A DNA stretch of 64,000 nucleotides, taken from contig CAWFGH010000009.1 in the NCBI GenBank assembly GCA_963815255.1, positions 63,467 to 127,466 on the forward strand, in the 5' to 3' direction. Each line of letters begins with the position of its first letter. Position 1 is the first letter of the stretch. Positions 9,688 to 19,906 of this stretch are shown here, in pieces. A model generated the notes under the pieces. That model was not told where the DNA came from. It saw nothing but the letters and a program-made list of their open reading frames with translations, and made no database searches. The position numbers and the translations under genes are program-made. Source of the DNA: an uncultured delta proteobacterium (GTDB lineage: Bacteria; Desulfobacterota; Binatia; Binatales; Binataceae).

Positions 9688-10545
9688 ATGAAAATCGGAC
9701 TGCTGATGCCGTTTACCGAGGACACCGCCAACCCGGCCGACTTTTGCCGCGCCGCCGAGGCGTTGGGTTTCGAATCGATGTGGGTGCCCGAGCATCCGAT
9801 TTTGCCCGCCAATCCCAAGACGCCGTTCCCGCAGGGCGGGCCAATTCCGCCGGTCTACTCCCACATGGGCGATCAGTTCGTCGCGCTCAGCATGGCCGCC
9901 GCTGCGACCAAAAAACTGAAGCTCGCCACCGGCATCTGCCTGGTGCCCGAGCACAACCCGATGATCCTGGCCAAGCAGATCGGCAGCCTGGACAACTTCT
10001 CGGGCGGCCGCTTCATCTTCGGAATCGGGGCCGGATGGCTGCGCGAGGAAACCGAGCTGCTCGGTGGCGACTTTCCGCATCGCTGGACGCAGACCGCCGA
10101 GTACGTCGCCGCGATGCGCGCGCTGTGGACCAAGGGCGAAGCGTCGTTCGAGGGAAAGTACGTCAAGTTTCCCGCGATCCGATCCTATCCGCGCCCCGCG
10201 CAGCCGGCCGGGCCGCCGGTGTTGCTCGGCAGCCGCGACAAGAACGCGCTCAAACGAGTTGCCAAGTGGGGCGACGGATGGTGTCCGATTCGCATCACCG
10301 TCGAGGAGATGAAACAGGCGACCGCGCAGTTGCGCGAGGAGTGCCACAAGGCCGGCAGCGACTACGCCAGGCTGGACTTGACCGTGATGGGCTCGGTCGG
10401 CGACGAACGCGCCAAGGCCCAGGACGAACTCGGCCGGTACGCGGGGCTCGGCGTCGGCCGGTTCGTGATCGCGCTGGTCGCGGGCGCGCTCGGGCCGGAC
10501 AAATACGCCCCGGAACTCGAGCGGCTCGCCAAGGTATACGTTTGA
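9688..10545 (+). CDS. Luciferase-like monooxygenase family, probable F420-dependent oxidoreductase (TIGR03619-like)
   Basis: N-terminal MKIGLLMP...ALGFESMWVPEHP and overall length match LLM-class F420-dependent reductases. A perfect RBS (aaggagatgacagcATG) precedes the start. Confidence 0.7.
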   Translation: MKIGLLMPFTEDTANPADFCRAAEALGFESMWVPEHPILPANPKTPFPQGGPIPPVYSHMGDQFVALSMAAAATKKLKLATGICLVPEHNPMILAKQIGSLDNFSGGRFIFGIGAGWLREETELLGGDFPHRWTQTAEYVAAMRALWTKGEASFEGKYVKFPAIRSYPRPAQPAGPPVLLGSRDKNALKRVAKWGDGWCPIRITVEEMKQATAQLREECHKAGSDYARLDLTVMGSVGDERAKAQDELGRYAGLGVGRFVIALVAGALGPDKYAPELERLAKVYV

Positions 10546-10600
10546 AGGTCTATATCTGAGTGACAGGGGAGCCAATCAAGAGCAACGCGCTGGCGCCAGG

Positions 10601-11635
10601 ATGATACTGCGCGGCGCGATTTCAGGCTTCGGCGAGGTTGCGGCGCAAGCGCATCTTGCCGGATGGCGTACGCGTCCCGAGGTCAATATCGTCGCGATTC
10701 ACGACCCGGTCTCCGAGCGGCGCCATCATGCGATGCGTCTCATCCCGAACATCCGCGTCTACGACGACCTCGAACTGATGCTCGACGGCGAGCGGCTGGA
10801 CTTCGTCGACGTCGCGAGCCCGCCCGCCTATCACGCGGCGACCGCTCGGATGGCGCTCGCGGCCGGCGCGCACGTGCTGGTCGAGAAGCCGCTATGCCTC
10901 GCGCACGACGAATTCGAATCCCTGCGCGCCGCCGCGTCGAGCCGTAACCGCGTTTTGATGTGCGTGCACAACTGGAAGCACGCCGCCACCTACCGGCTCG
11001 CGCACGACCTCGTCATGGCCGGGCGGCTCGGCGAGATTCGCTACATCGCGCTCGACCGCTTGCGCACGGCGCCGGCCGGCGTCGGCCTCGGCGCGAGCGG
11101 AAGATGGCGGCTGGGCACGGCGAGCGGCGGCGGAATCCTGGTCGATCACGGATGGCATGTGTTCTACCTGATGCGATGGCTGATGGGCGGCCTTGACCCG
11201 GCCGCAATCTCGGCCTTCATGGGCGTCGCTCAAGCGGCGCCGGTCGAGGACGTAGCCGACCTCAGGGTGATTTTTCCCGGCGACAGGATCGCTTCGGCTC
11301 ATCTGAGTTGGCGCTCACCGGTCAGGCGCACGCGCGCGATGCTCTATGGCAGCGAGGCGGCGCTCGAGATCGACGGCGACCGCGTGACGCTGACCGCGCG
11401 GTCCGGAAAGTCGGAAGATGTGTCTCCGACGCCCGAGCCCGACGATTCCTACCACTCAGCCTGGTTCGCCGGGACGGCCGCCGACTTCGAACGTGCGGTC
11501 CATGAGAGCATAGAGGACGGGATCGAGTCGGCATCGGCTACGGAAAACCTTGCGGAGGCGCATGCCGCGCTGGCGCTGACCTTGGGCGCGCAGGAATCGA
11601 GCCGGCAGGGCGGCAGCCAGGTTAAGATCGTGTGA
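10601..11635 (+). CDS. Gfo/Idh/MocA-family NAD(P)-dependent oxidoreductase
   Basis: N-terminal Rossmann region (GAISGFGEVA) and the EKPLCL consensus of Gfo/Idh/MocA enzymes. Confidence 0.7.
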   Translation: MILRGAISGFGEVAAQAHLAGWRTRPEVNIVAIHDPVSERRHHAMRLIPNIRVYDDLELMLDGERLDFVDVASPPAYHAATARMALAAGAHVLVEKPLCLAHDEFESLRAAASSRNRVLMCVHNWKHAATYRLAHDLVMAGRLGEIRYIALDRLRTAPAGVGLGASGRWRLGTASGGGILVDHGWHVFYLMRWLMGGLDPAAISAFMGVAQAAPVEDVADLRVIFPGDRIASAHLSWRSPVRRTRAMLYGSEAALEIDGDRVTLTARSGKSEDVSPTPEPDDSYHSAWFAGTAADFERAVHESIEDGIESASATENLAEAHAALALTLGAQESSRQGGSQVKIV

Positions 11636-11825
11636 ACTGCCTGTTACTTCAGCTCGTCAGCCCCTATTGACTTTAGGCAATCGGCCTATAAAGTGCTCAT
11701 TGACCGGTAGGTTAGCGAGTGCTGGGGGCCATATTTTGAGGCCCGCCGAAGGCTCCTCCGTACGCACGGCTGAGAAGGTCCGGCGCGGGCGATGAGAGAC
11801 AGCCAGGGCGCATCCGCCGGAGTAT
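11636..11825 (+). promoter_or_regulatory. Putative promoter/operator region upstream of the TetR regulator that heads the hopanoid cluster
   Basis: A 190-bp AT-enriched intergenic region. It contains TTGACTttaggcaatcggccTATAAAg, a second TTGACCggtagg element (direct repeat of TTGAC-N2-TAGG), and a GC hairpin ggcccgccgaaggctcc. Confidence 0.35.
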
Positions 11826-12473
11826 ATGGCGTCTGAGTCGCGTTCGAGTTCGCAGGAAAAACCTCAGGATTCGCGGGATGAGATCCTCAAGGCGGGTATC
11901 CGCCTATTCGCCCGCCGTGGCTTTCACGAGACTTCGATGTCCGAGGTGGCGCGCGATGCGAAGGTCAGCAAAGCGCTGATTTTCTGGCATTTCAAGACCA
12001 AAGAGGAACTGTTCCTCGCGGTCCTCAACCGGTTGCTGGAGCCGTATTTTATCGACTTTGCCGAGGAGGTCGGGGCGCTGGACGAACGCGCGCAGTTGCG
12101 CAGGCTGGTGGAGTCCTACCTGCTCTTTGTACGCGACAATGCTCCCTCCGTGCGTTTTTTCCTCGGCCAGCTGCTGCATGGCGAAAAGGTCCCCGACGAG
12201 TTGGCCACGCAGGTGATGAAACTGTACGACGGCTATCGCGCACTCATGATCGATATCGTTCGCCGTGCCCAGGACAAGAATCTTTGCTCGCGCGACATCG
12301 CGCCCGAGGCCGCCGCCGGCTTCATGGTGTCGGCGCTTAACGGTTCGCTTATAGGCTTCCTGTTTGCGGGCGGCACGGCCGACGACTTGGGCGGGGCGGT
12401 CACGATGCTCGAGGAATGGCTGTTCCGCGATTCCGCAAAACGCTCCTCCGAGGGCGGCAAAGCCGTCGCTTAA
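11826..12473 (+). CDS. TetR/AcrR-family transcriptional regulator
   Basis: N-terminal HTH ILKAGIRLFARRGFHETSMSEVARDAKVSKALIFWHFKTKEELF. Confidence 0.85.
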   Translation: MASESRSSSQEKPQDSRDEILKAGIRLFARRGFHETSMSEVARDAKVSKALIFWHFKTKEELFLAVLNRLLEPYFIDFAEEVGALDERAQLRRLVESYLLFVRDNAPSVRFFLGQLLHGEKVPDELATQVMKLYDGYRALMIDIVRRAQDKNLCSRDIAPEAAAGFMVSALNGSLIGFLFAGGTADDLGGAVTMLEEWLFRDSAKRSSEGGKAVA

Positions 12474-12514
12474 CCCCCTGCTTTTCAGGACCACGACTGG
12501 GAGAAACCATCAAA

Positions 12515-13516
12515 ATGCGAGTACCGCTGAAACTGATGCTGGATCTTGGCCGCTACATGCGCCGCAAACGGCGCGCGGGCGAAAAATACTTCCCCCTGGT
12601 GCTGATGCTGGAGCCGCTGCACGCGTGCAACCTTGCCTGTATCGGATGCGGCCGGATCGTGGAATACAAGGACACGATCCGTGATCAGATGCCGCTGGAG
12701 GAGGCGCTCAGCGCGGCCGATGAAGCCGACGCGCCGATCGTCTCAATCTGCGGTGGCGAACCGCTGATGTACAAGCATATCGTGCCGCTCACCAAGGGAC
12801 TGATCGAGCGCCAGCGCCACGTGCAGATCTGCACCAACGCGCTCCTGCTCGAACGGTTCATCCGCCAGGTTGAGCCCAGCCCTTATCTGTGCTTCAACGT
12901 CCATATCGACGGCATGCGCGAGACCCACGACCGCGTGGTCGACCGCGACGGGGTGTTCGACACCTGCGTGCGGATGATCAAGCTGCTCAAGGAGAAGGGC
13001 TATCGCGTGCAGACCAACTCGACCATCTTCCGCGAGACCGGCGCGGAGGAAATCGAGGAACTGGTCAAGATGCTCGGCGCGCTCGGCGTCGACGGGATGC
13101 TGCTCACGCCCGGCTATCACTACCAGGTGCTGACCAACGACGACATCTACCTCAAGCGCGAGGAGATGCCGGCGAAGTTCAAGCGCGTGCGCAAGCTCGC
13201 CGAGGACTACAAGATCATCAATACCCCAATCTATCTCGACTACCTGGTCGGCGAGCGCGACTTGCTGTGCAGCCCGTGGACCACGGTGACGCGCAATCCG
13301 CAGGGATGGAAGGGCCCGTGCTACCTGATCACCAACGGCCATTACAAAACCTTCAGCCAGATGCACGAGGCGACCGATTGGGAATACTACCGCACCAAGC
13401 AGGACATTCGATGCCGTGATTGCAAGCTGCACTCCGGCTTCGAGGGCACCGTGGCACTGCAGTTTGGGGAGAATCTGAAGGATTCGTGGCGGATGGTGCG
13501 CCACTACATGTCCTGA
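12515..13516 (+). CDS. hpnH: Adenosylhopane synthase HpnH (radical SAM)
   Basis: CNLACIGCG radical-SAM cysteine motif with characteristic HpnH N- and C-terminal regions (PLVLMLEPLHACNLAC...; C-terminal CRDCKLHSGFE). A gggag RBS lies upstream of ATG 12515. The ORF-track start at 12416 is an upstream in-frame extension. Confidence 0.9.
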   Translation: MRVPLKLMLDLGRYMRRKRRAGEKYFPLVLMLEPLHACNLACIGCGRIVEYKDTIRDQMPLEEALSAADEADAPIVSICGGEPLMYKHIVPLTKGLIERQRHVQICTNALLLERFIRQVEPSPYLCFNVHIDGMRETHDRVVDRDGVFDTCVRMIKLLKEKGYRVQTNSTIFRETGAEEIEELVKMLGALGVDGMLLTPGYHYQVLTNDDIYLKREEMPAKFKRVRKLAEDYKIINTPIYLDYLVGERDLLCSPWTTVTRNPQGWKGPCYLITNGHYKTFSQMHEATDWEYYRTKQDIRCRDCKLHSGFEGTVALQFGENLKDSWRMVRHYMS

Positions 13517-13613
13517 CCGGGATGCTTCCCGGTGTGGGCGCCCGCGCTTGCCCCGCGTCGTGCGCGCGGACGCTACTCCGCACGGGGCTCTTGGTGGATG
13601 CGACGGCAGCTTG

Positions 13614-14621
13614 ATGGCAGAAGCCAAACGCGATCATCCGCGCGCGCTGAAAGGCGCGGCCGCGGCAGAGATAAATTCGCGAGCCGTGTCGTCCGACGGA
13701 CGCCAGCGCGCGAGCGGCGGCGCGCCGCTGGAAATCGAGCGCTACCTGCGCGAACGCGCGGCGATCGTCGAGCGAGCGCTCGCCGACGCGGTCGTCGAGC
13801 GCGGCGTTCCGGCCGGGCGTCTCTTCGAGGCGATGCGCTACAGCCTGCTCGCGGGCGGTAAGCGGCTGCGTCCGGTGCTCGCGCTGGCCGCGTGCGAAGC
13901 GGTGGGCGGTGGGCTTGAGGCCGCGATGGGATTCGCGTGCGCGATCGAGATGATTCATACCTACTCGCTTATCCACGACGACCTGCCGTGCATGGACGAC
14001 GACGATTTGCGCCGCGGCCGGCCGACCAATCACAAGATTTACGGCGAAGCGATCGCCACGCTGGCCGGCGACGCGCTGCTGACCGACGCGTTCTCGATGC
14101 TCGCCAAATCCGGCGCGGCGTCCGCCGCCGTGCCGCCCGCGGCGCTCCTCGCGACGGTCGTGGAACTGGCGGAGGCGGCGGGCTCGGCCGGGATGGTGGC
14201 GGGGCAGGCGATCGATCTCCTCGGTGAAGGCCGCACGATGACGATCGAGGAGCTGGAATATCTGCATCGCAGAAAAACCGGCGCACTGTTTATCGCCGCG
14301 GTGCGCGGCGGTGCCCGTCTGGGCGGCGCCACCCAGGCGCAACTCGAGGCGCTGGAGGCTTACGCGCGCGCGCTCGGACTCGCCTTCCAGGTGATCGACG
14401 ATATCCTCGACGTCGAGGCCTCGACCGAGCAGATGGGCAAGCGCACGGGCAAGGACGTCGTGCACGGCAAGAACACCTATCCCGGCCTTATCGGGCTGGA
14501 CAAATCGTGGCAGTTGGCGCGGGATCTCGAGCGCCGCGCGCATCACGCGCTCGACGGGTTCGACCATCGCGCCGAACCGTTGAGGGCGCTGGCGAGTTTC
14601 GCCGTGGAGCGCAGACTGTGA
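13614..14621 (+). CDS. Polyprenyl diphosphate synthase (farnesyl/geranylgeranyl diphosphate synthase, IspA-like)
   Basis: First aspartate-rich motif [17 protein letters not shown] and second motif FQVIDDILD; KRLRP substrate-binding region. Confidence 0.85.
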   Translation: MAEAKRDHPRALKGAAAAEINSRAVSSDGRQRASGGAPLEIERYLRERAAIVERALADAVVERGVPAGRLFEAMRYSLLAGGKRLRPVLALAACEAVGGGLEAAMGFACAIEMIHTYSLIHDDLPCMDDDDLRRGRPTNHKIYGEAIATLAGDALLTDAFSMLAKSGAASAAVPPAALLATVVELAEAAGSAGMVAGQAIDLLGEGRTMTIEELEYLHRRKTGALFIAAVRGGARLGGATQAQLEALEAYARALGLAFQVIDDILDVEASTEQMGKRTGKDVVHGKNTYPGLIGLDKSWQLARDLERRAHHALDGFDHRAEPLRALASFAVERRL

Positions 14622-15701
14622 AGCCAACCGCGGCTGAAAATTTCTCCGCGGCGGTCGCGCCGGCGCCGAATCATGCGCGCCAGGCGGTGCTGTTCGCGCC
14701 GGGAGATCTGCGCCTTTGCGATTTCACGCCGCCGCGCCCCGGCCCCGGCGAGCTTCTGCTGCGCGTCAAATGCGCGCTCAGTTGCGGCACCGATCTCAAG
14801 ACCTATCGCCGCGGCCATCCGGTGTGGCGTCTGCCCACGCCGTTCGGCCACGAGTTTGCGGGCGTCGTGGCCGAGGTGGGCGAGGGCGTGACCGCGTTCA
14901 AGGTGGGCGACGAGCTGATGGCGGCGCCGACCGCGCCCTGCGGTGCGTGCTTTTATTGCCGGCGCGGACAGGAAAATCTCTGTGCGCAGGCGATGGAAAA
15001 GATGGTGATGGGGGCGTATGCGGATTTTCTGCTGCTGCCGGCTCATGTGGTCGCGCACAACGCCTTTCGCAAGCCCGCCGCGCTGGCTTTCGAAGAGGCC
15101 GCGCTGCTCGAACCGCTTTCCTGCGTCGTCCATGCACAGGAGCTCGCGCGGCCCGAGCCCGCCGAGAGCGTGCTGATAGTCGGCGCAGGCGCCTTTGGCC
15201 TGCTCCACATGCTGGCGCTCCGTGCGGCCGGAGTGCACGAAATCGCGGTCGCCGGTCGCGGCGCGGATCGCCTCGAATGGGCGGGACAGCTCGGCGCCGA
15301 TCGCGTGATCGACATCGCCACGGGCGACCCCGCGGCCGAAGTTGCGCGGCTCAACTGCGGCTTCGGGCCCGACCTGGTGATCGAGTGCACCGGGCAGGTC
15401 GACGGGATGGCGTGACGCGTTCGCGCGTGTGCGGCGCGGCGGCCGGGTGGTGTTCTTCGGCGGATGTCCGGCGGGCACCGCGCTCGAGATCGACACGCGC
15501 CGTATGCACTACGACAATCTCACGTTGATCGCTCCGTTTCATTTTCGTCCGCGCGACGTGCGCCGCGCTTATGAGTTGCTCGCGGATGGCCGCCTCGGCG
15601 CCGGCCGGATCATCAATGCGCATCGCCCGCTCGCGGATATCGCCGAAGTCTTTGAGCTGCTCGAACGTGGCACGGTGTTGAAGTGCGCGGTCATTCCGTG
15701 A
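14618..15701 (+). pseudogene. Zinc-dependent alcohol dehydrogenase (MDR family) with an apparent +1 frameshift near 15405
   Basis: A GTG start overlaps the polyprenyl synthase stop by 4 nt (GTGA). CGTDLKTYRRGHP, GHEFAG and CGACFYCRRGQENLC zinc motifs and GAGAFG are present. The ORF stops at 15415 (..QVDGMA*), and the C-terminal third (WRDAFARVRRGGRVVFFGG...) continues in the +1 frame to 15701. Confidence 0.65.
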
Positions 15702-15788
15702 GCGATGGCCGCGCGAGGTGGGGAGGGTGTTGGGGAGAGTCCGAATCCAGCGCTCCGACCGAATAACCAGCAGGAATCTCGAAATCCT

Positions 15789-17768
15789 ATGAGTGAAGCT
15801 ATCGAAATCGCCAACGGCAGAGCTCTTGATGCGACGTTCGTCACGTCTGTCCCGCACGACGAGTCCGCTGCGAAACTCCACTCCAGCATCGACCGTTCCC
15901 AGCGCGCACTGCTTGCGCTGCAGCATCCGGAAGGCTATTGGCAGGCGGCGCTCGAGGCCAACGCCGAGATGAACGCCGAGTACATCATCTTCAACCGCTT
16001 CATGGGCGTCAGCGATCCCGAGAAGGACGCCAAGCTCAAGCGCCATCTGCTCGACCTGCAGCAGCCCGACGGAAGTTGGAATTTGTTTCCCGGCGGCGAG
16101 GGCGATCTTTCGACCTCGATCGAAGCTTATTTCGCGCTCAAGCTAACGGGGTTCCGCGCCGGCGACGAGCAGATGATGCAGGCGCGCCGATGGATCCTCG
16201 CGCGCGGCGGAATCGCCCGCTCGGGCACGCTCGCGCGCTTTTATCTCGCGGCCATGAACCAGGTGCCGTGGGATTGCACGACCGCTCTGCCGGTGGAATG
16301 GATGCTCACGCCCAGCTGGCTGCCGGTTAACATCTACGAGCTTTCTTCATGGGCGCGCGGCACGTTGGTCCCGCTGATGCTGCTGCGGGCGGGGCGTCCG
16401 ATCGTCGAGATCGATTGGCGCGAGGGCGTGCTCGAGCTTTATATCCAGCCGCCGCATTTCACCAAGTTCGAGCTGCCGCGTCCGCCGCACTGGTGGTCGC
16501 CGCGCAAGTTCTTCAACTTCGCCGACCGGCTTCTGCGTTTATACGACCGCCATCATCTAAAGCGCTTGCGCAGCGACGCCGTGGCCCGCGCCGAGCGCTG
16601 GCTGCTCGACCATCAGGACGCCAACGGATCGTGGGGCGGAATCCAGCCCTGCTATTTGCTCAGCACGATGGCACTCAAAGGGCTCGGCTATCGCAACGAC
16701 CATCCGGTGATCAAAAAGGCGCTCGACGCGACGCACGAGCTCATCTGGGATCAGGGCGACTCGATTCTGTTCCAGCCCTGCGTTTCGCCCAACTGGGATA
16801 CCGCGCTCGCCGCCAAGGCGCTGATCGATTCGGGCCTTCAGGCCGAGCATCCGGCGCTGCGCGACGCCTCGAAGTGGCTAATCGCTCATCAGATTCTCAA
16901 GCCCGGCGACTGGTCGATTAAACGGCCCGACCTGGAACCCGGCGGATGGGCGTTCGAGTTTTTCAACGATTGGTACCCCGACGTCGACGACGCCGCCGTC
17001 ATCCTGATGGTGCTCGCGGATTCCGCCGCCGACGATGCCGCCGCGCGCGATCATGCAATCCGCCGCGGCACCAACTGGGTGATGGGCATGCAATCGAAAG
17101 ACGGCGGCTTCGCCGCTTTCGATGTCGACAACAAGGCGACCTGGTTCAACTACGCGACTTTTGCCGCGGATACCGAGGCGGCTACCGACCCGACTTGCCC
17201 CGACCTGACCGGCCGCGTGCTCGAGATGATGGCGGCGGTCGGCTACCGCGCCGATCATGCGGTCGCGCGCCGCGCGATCGAGTGGCTGAAGCGCGAGCAG
17301 GAGGATGACGGCTCGTGGTGGGGGCGCTGGGGAGTCAACTATATCTACGGCACCAGCGCGGCGCTTTCGGGATTGCGCGCGATCGGCGTCAGCCCGAGCG
17401 AGCCCTGGATTCAGCGCTCGGTCGCCTGGCTCAAGTCGAAGCAGAACGAGGACGGCGGATGGGGCGAGAGCTGTCTCAGCGACAAGGACCCGGCCTGGCG
17501 CGGGCGCGGCACCAGCACGCCGTCGCAAACCGCGTGGGCGATGATCGGATTGCTGGCCGGCGAGGACGGTATCGGTCCGCATCTGATGCGCGGCTTGCAA
17601 TGGCTCCTGGAGCGGCAGCGCGAAACCGGCGACTGGGAGGAGACCGAGTTCACAGGCACCGGCTTCCCGAATCATTTTTATCTGCGCTACTATCTTTATG
17701 CGCACTACTTTCCGCTGATGGCGCTCGGGCGCCTGCGCAAGCGGATGACGGAACTCGCCGCGCACTGA
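15789..17768 (+). CDS. shc: Squalene-hopene cyclase
   Basis: Multiple QW repeats (QxxxGxW), the catalytic DxDD motif (DVDDAAV), and C-terminal GWGE motifs. 660 aa measured from the internal ATG. Confidence 0.92.
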   Translation: MSEAIEIANGRALDATFVTSVPHDESAAKLHSSIDRSQRALLALQHPEGYWQAALEANAEMNAEYIIFNRFMGVSDPEKDAKLKRHLLDLQQPDGSWNLFPGGEGDLSTSIEAYFALKLTGFRAGDEQMMQARRWILARGGIARSGTLARFYLAAMNQVPWDCTTALPVEWMLTPSWLPVNIYELSSWARGTLVPLMLLRAGRPIVEIDWREGVLELYIQPPHFTKFELPRPPHWWSPRKFFNFADRLLRLYDRHHLKRLRSDAVARAERWLLDHQDANGSWGGIQPCYLLSTMALKGLGYRNDHPVIKKALDATHELIWDQGDSILFQPCVSPNWDTALAAKALIDSGLQAEHPALRDASKWLIAHQILKPGDWSIKRPDLEPGGWAFEFFNDWYPDVDDAAVILMVLADSAADDAAARDHAIRRGTNWVMGMQSKDGGFAAFDVDNKATWFNYATFAADTEAATDPTCPDLTGRVLEMMAAVGYRADHAVARRAIEWLKREQEDDGSWWGRWGVNYIYGTSAALSGLRAIGVSPSEPWIQRSVAWLKSKQNEDGGWGESCLSDKDPAWRGRGTSTPSQTAWAMIGLLAGEDGIGPHLMRGLQWLLERQRETGDWEETEFTGTGFPNHFYLRYYLYAHYFPLMALGRLRKRMTELAAH

Positions 17769-17784
17769 AGCTCAAGAGGCAGGC

Positions 17785-18972
17785 GTGAAGTCGATCGCAA
17801 TTCTCGGCTCCACGGGCTCGGTCGGCGTCACCACGCTCGACGTGGTGGATCGCTTTCGCGACCGTTTCCGCGTGGTGGCGATGGCGGCGGGGCGCAATCT
17901 CGATCTCTTTGTCAGCCAAATCGAGCGTCATCGCCCTGAACTGGTCTCGGTCGCCACGGCCGAACTGGCGAGCGAACTCAAGCGCCGGCTGGGCTCGTCG
18001 TGCAAGACCGAAATCAAGACCGAGATTCATCACGGAACCGAGGGCGCGGTCGCCACGGCGACTCATCCGGCGGCCGAGATCGTTGTCTCGGCGCTGGTCG
18101 GTGCGCTCGGACTCGGTCCGACTCTCGCAGCTATCGCGGCCGGCAAGGACATCGCGTTCGCCAACAAGGAAGTGCTGGTGATCGCGGGCGAGATGATGAC
18201 CGCCGCGGTGCGCGAGCGCGGCGTGCGCCTGCTCCCCGTCGACAGCGAGCACAACGCGATTTTCCAGTGCCTGGAGGGGCGCGGCCGCGCCTCGCTCAAG
18301 CGCATCATCCTGACCGCGTCGGGCGGTCCGTTTCTTCGGCTCGCGCCCGATCGTTTCGCGTCGATCACCGTGGCCGAGGCGCTCAACCATCCCACCTGGC
18401 GGATGGGCAACAAGATCACGATCGATTCTGCGACCCTGATGAACAAGGGGCTCGAAGTGATCGAAGCGCACTGGCTGTTCGATCTTCCCGCCGAGCGCAT
18501 CGCGGTCGTCATCCATCCGCAAAGCGTCATCCATTCGATGGTCGAAATGATCGACGGCTCGGTGATCGCCGAGATGGCCGAGCCGGACATGGCGATCCCG
18601 GTCGCCTACGCGCTGGCGTTCCCCGACCGCCTGCCGCTCGACCATCTGAAATCGCTCTCACTGGTCGAGCGCGGCAACCTGACTTTCGAAGAGCCGGATC
18701 CGGCGCGCTTTCCGTGCCTGCGGCTTGCGTACCAGGCGCTCGAAGCTGGCGGCACGATGGCGGCCTGCCTCAACGCCGCCAACGAGGAAATGGTCGCGGC
18801 CTTTTTGGGCGGGCGCGCGCGTTTCGCCGACATCCCGCGCCATATCGAGACCGTGATGACGCGGCACAAGAACTGCTCCGCGCGCACCCTGGAGGATTTG
18901 TACGAAGTCGACGGATGGGCGCGCGCCCAGGCTCAAGAGCTGATCGGACACGCACCTGCCGCGAGTCTCTGA
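17785..18972 (+). CDS. dxr: 1-deoxy-D-xylulose-5-phosphate reductoisomerase
   Basis: ILGSTGSVG NADPH motif, the LVGALGL.PTL...GKDIAFANKE region, and the metal-binding segment around RLLPVDSEHNAIFQCL. GTG start. Confidence 0.9.
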   Translation: MKSIAILGSTGSVGVTTLDVVDRFRDRFRVVAMAAGRNLDLFVSQIERHRPELVSVATAELASELKRRLGSSCKTEIKTEIHHGTEGAVATATHPAAEIVVSALVGALGLGPTLAAIAAGKDIAFANKEVLVIAGEMMTAAVRERGVRLLPVDSEHNAIFQCLEGRGRASLKRIILTASGGPFLRLAPDRFASITVAEALNHPTWRMGNKITIDSATLMNKGLEVIEAHWLFDLPAERIAVVIHPQSVIHSMVEMIDGSVIAEMAEPDMAIPVAYALAFPDRLPLDHLKSLSLVERGNLTFEEPDPARFPCLRLAYQALEAGGTMAACLNAANEEMVAAFLGGRARFADIPRHIETVMTRHKNCSARTLEDLYEVDGWARAQAQELIGHAPAASL

Positions 18973-18973
18973 C

Positions 18974-19906
18974 GTGAAGGCCGAGGGCGCCAACAATCCA
19001 GGTTCCGCGTTAGCGGCGGAGGCGCGCGCCGCTGCCGCGCCGCCGCCGGCCCTTGAGGCCGACGCCGCGGCGCTCGCTCAAGCCTACGAGTACTGCGCGC
19101 GTGTGGCGCGCTCGCACTACGAAAATTTCACCGTCGCGTCGTGGCTGATGCCGCGAGCGATGCGCAAGCACGTGCATGCGATCTACGCTTACGCGCGCAT
19201 GGCCGATGACTTTGCCGACGAGGATCGGGACGCCGGCAAGCTCGACCAATGGGAACGCGAACTCGACCTTGCTTACGCCGGTCGGCCGAGCCATCCGGTA
19301 TTCGTCGCGCTGGCCGACACCGTGCGACGTTTCGATATTCCGCGCGAGCCATTCGCCGACCTGCTGCACGCGTTTCGCTCCGATCTCGACTTTCGCGGCT
19401 TTGAGACGCTCGACGATCTGCTCAACTACTCGCGTTACTCGGCCAACCCCGTCGGCCGCCTCGTGCTCTACCTGTTCGGCTATCGCGACGCCGAGCGCCA
19501 GCGTCTCTCCGACCAGGTGTGCAGCGGACTTCAACTCGCCAATTTCTGGCAGGACGTCGGCGTCGATCTCAAAAAGGAGCGCGTCTATCTGCCGCGTCAG
19601 GATATGGCGCGATTCGGCGTGAGCCTCGAAGACCTGCGCGTGCACAATGCGAACTCGAACTTCGTGGAGCTGATGCGGCACGAGGTCGCCAGCGCGCGCA
19701 AATTATTGATGGCGGGTGCGGCGCTCTCCGCGATCGTCGATAAAAGACTCTCGCGCGACATCATGATATTCGCTGGCGGTGGGTTGGCGATCCTGCGTGC
19801 GATCGAGCGGGCGGATTGTGACGTTTTCCATCGCCGCCCTTCGCTCGGCAAACTGGACTACCTGCGCCTGGGATGGCGGGCGCTGCGGGGGCGGCTTGAA
19901 ACCTGA
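18974..19906 (+). CDS. hpnC: Hydroxysqualene synthase HpnC (squalene/phytoene synthase family)
   Basis: HYENFTVAS motif and the Asp-rich motif YAYARMADDFADE of trans-isoprenyl diphosphate synthases head-to-head. Placed between dxr and hpnD. Confidence 0.85.
   Translation: MKAEGANNPGSALAAEARAAAAPPPALEADAAALAQAYEYCARVARSHYENFTVASWLMPRAMRKHVHAIYAYARMADDFADEDRDAGKLDQWERELDLAYAGRPSHPVFVALADTVRRFDIPREPFADLLHAFRSDLDFRGFETLDDLLNYSRYSANPVGRLVLYLFGYRDAERQRLSDQVCSGLQLANFWQDVGVDLKKERVYLPRQDMARFGVSLEDLRVHNANSNFVELMRHEVASARKLLMAGAALSAIVDKRLSRDIMIFAGGGLAILRAIERADCDVFHRRPSLGKLDYLRLGWRALRGRLET

Noticed and set aside
8992-10575. Long minus-strand ORF (527 aa) overlapping the ZIP transporter and LLM oxidoreductase genes
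   Set aside because: It is antisense to two well-supported plus-strand genes. Its translation is Arg/Ala/Gly-rich with no motifs, which is the typical spurious ORF of high-GC DNA.
12364-12684. Short overlapping ORFs around the TetR 3' end and hpnH 5' end, including an N-terminal extension of hpnH from 12416
   Set aside because: An internal ATG at 12515 with an upstream gggag RBS matches the conserved HpnH N-terminus. The extension is Arg-rich read-through of intergenic DNA.
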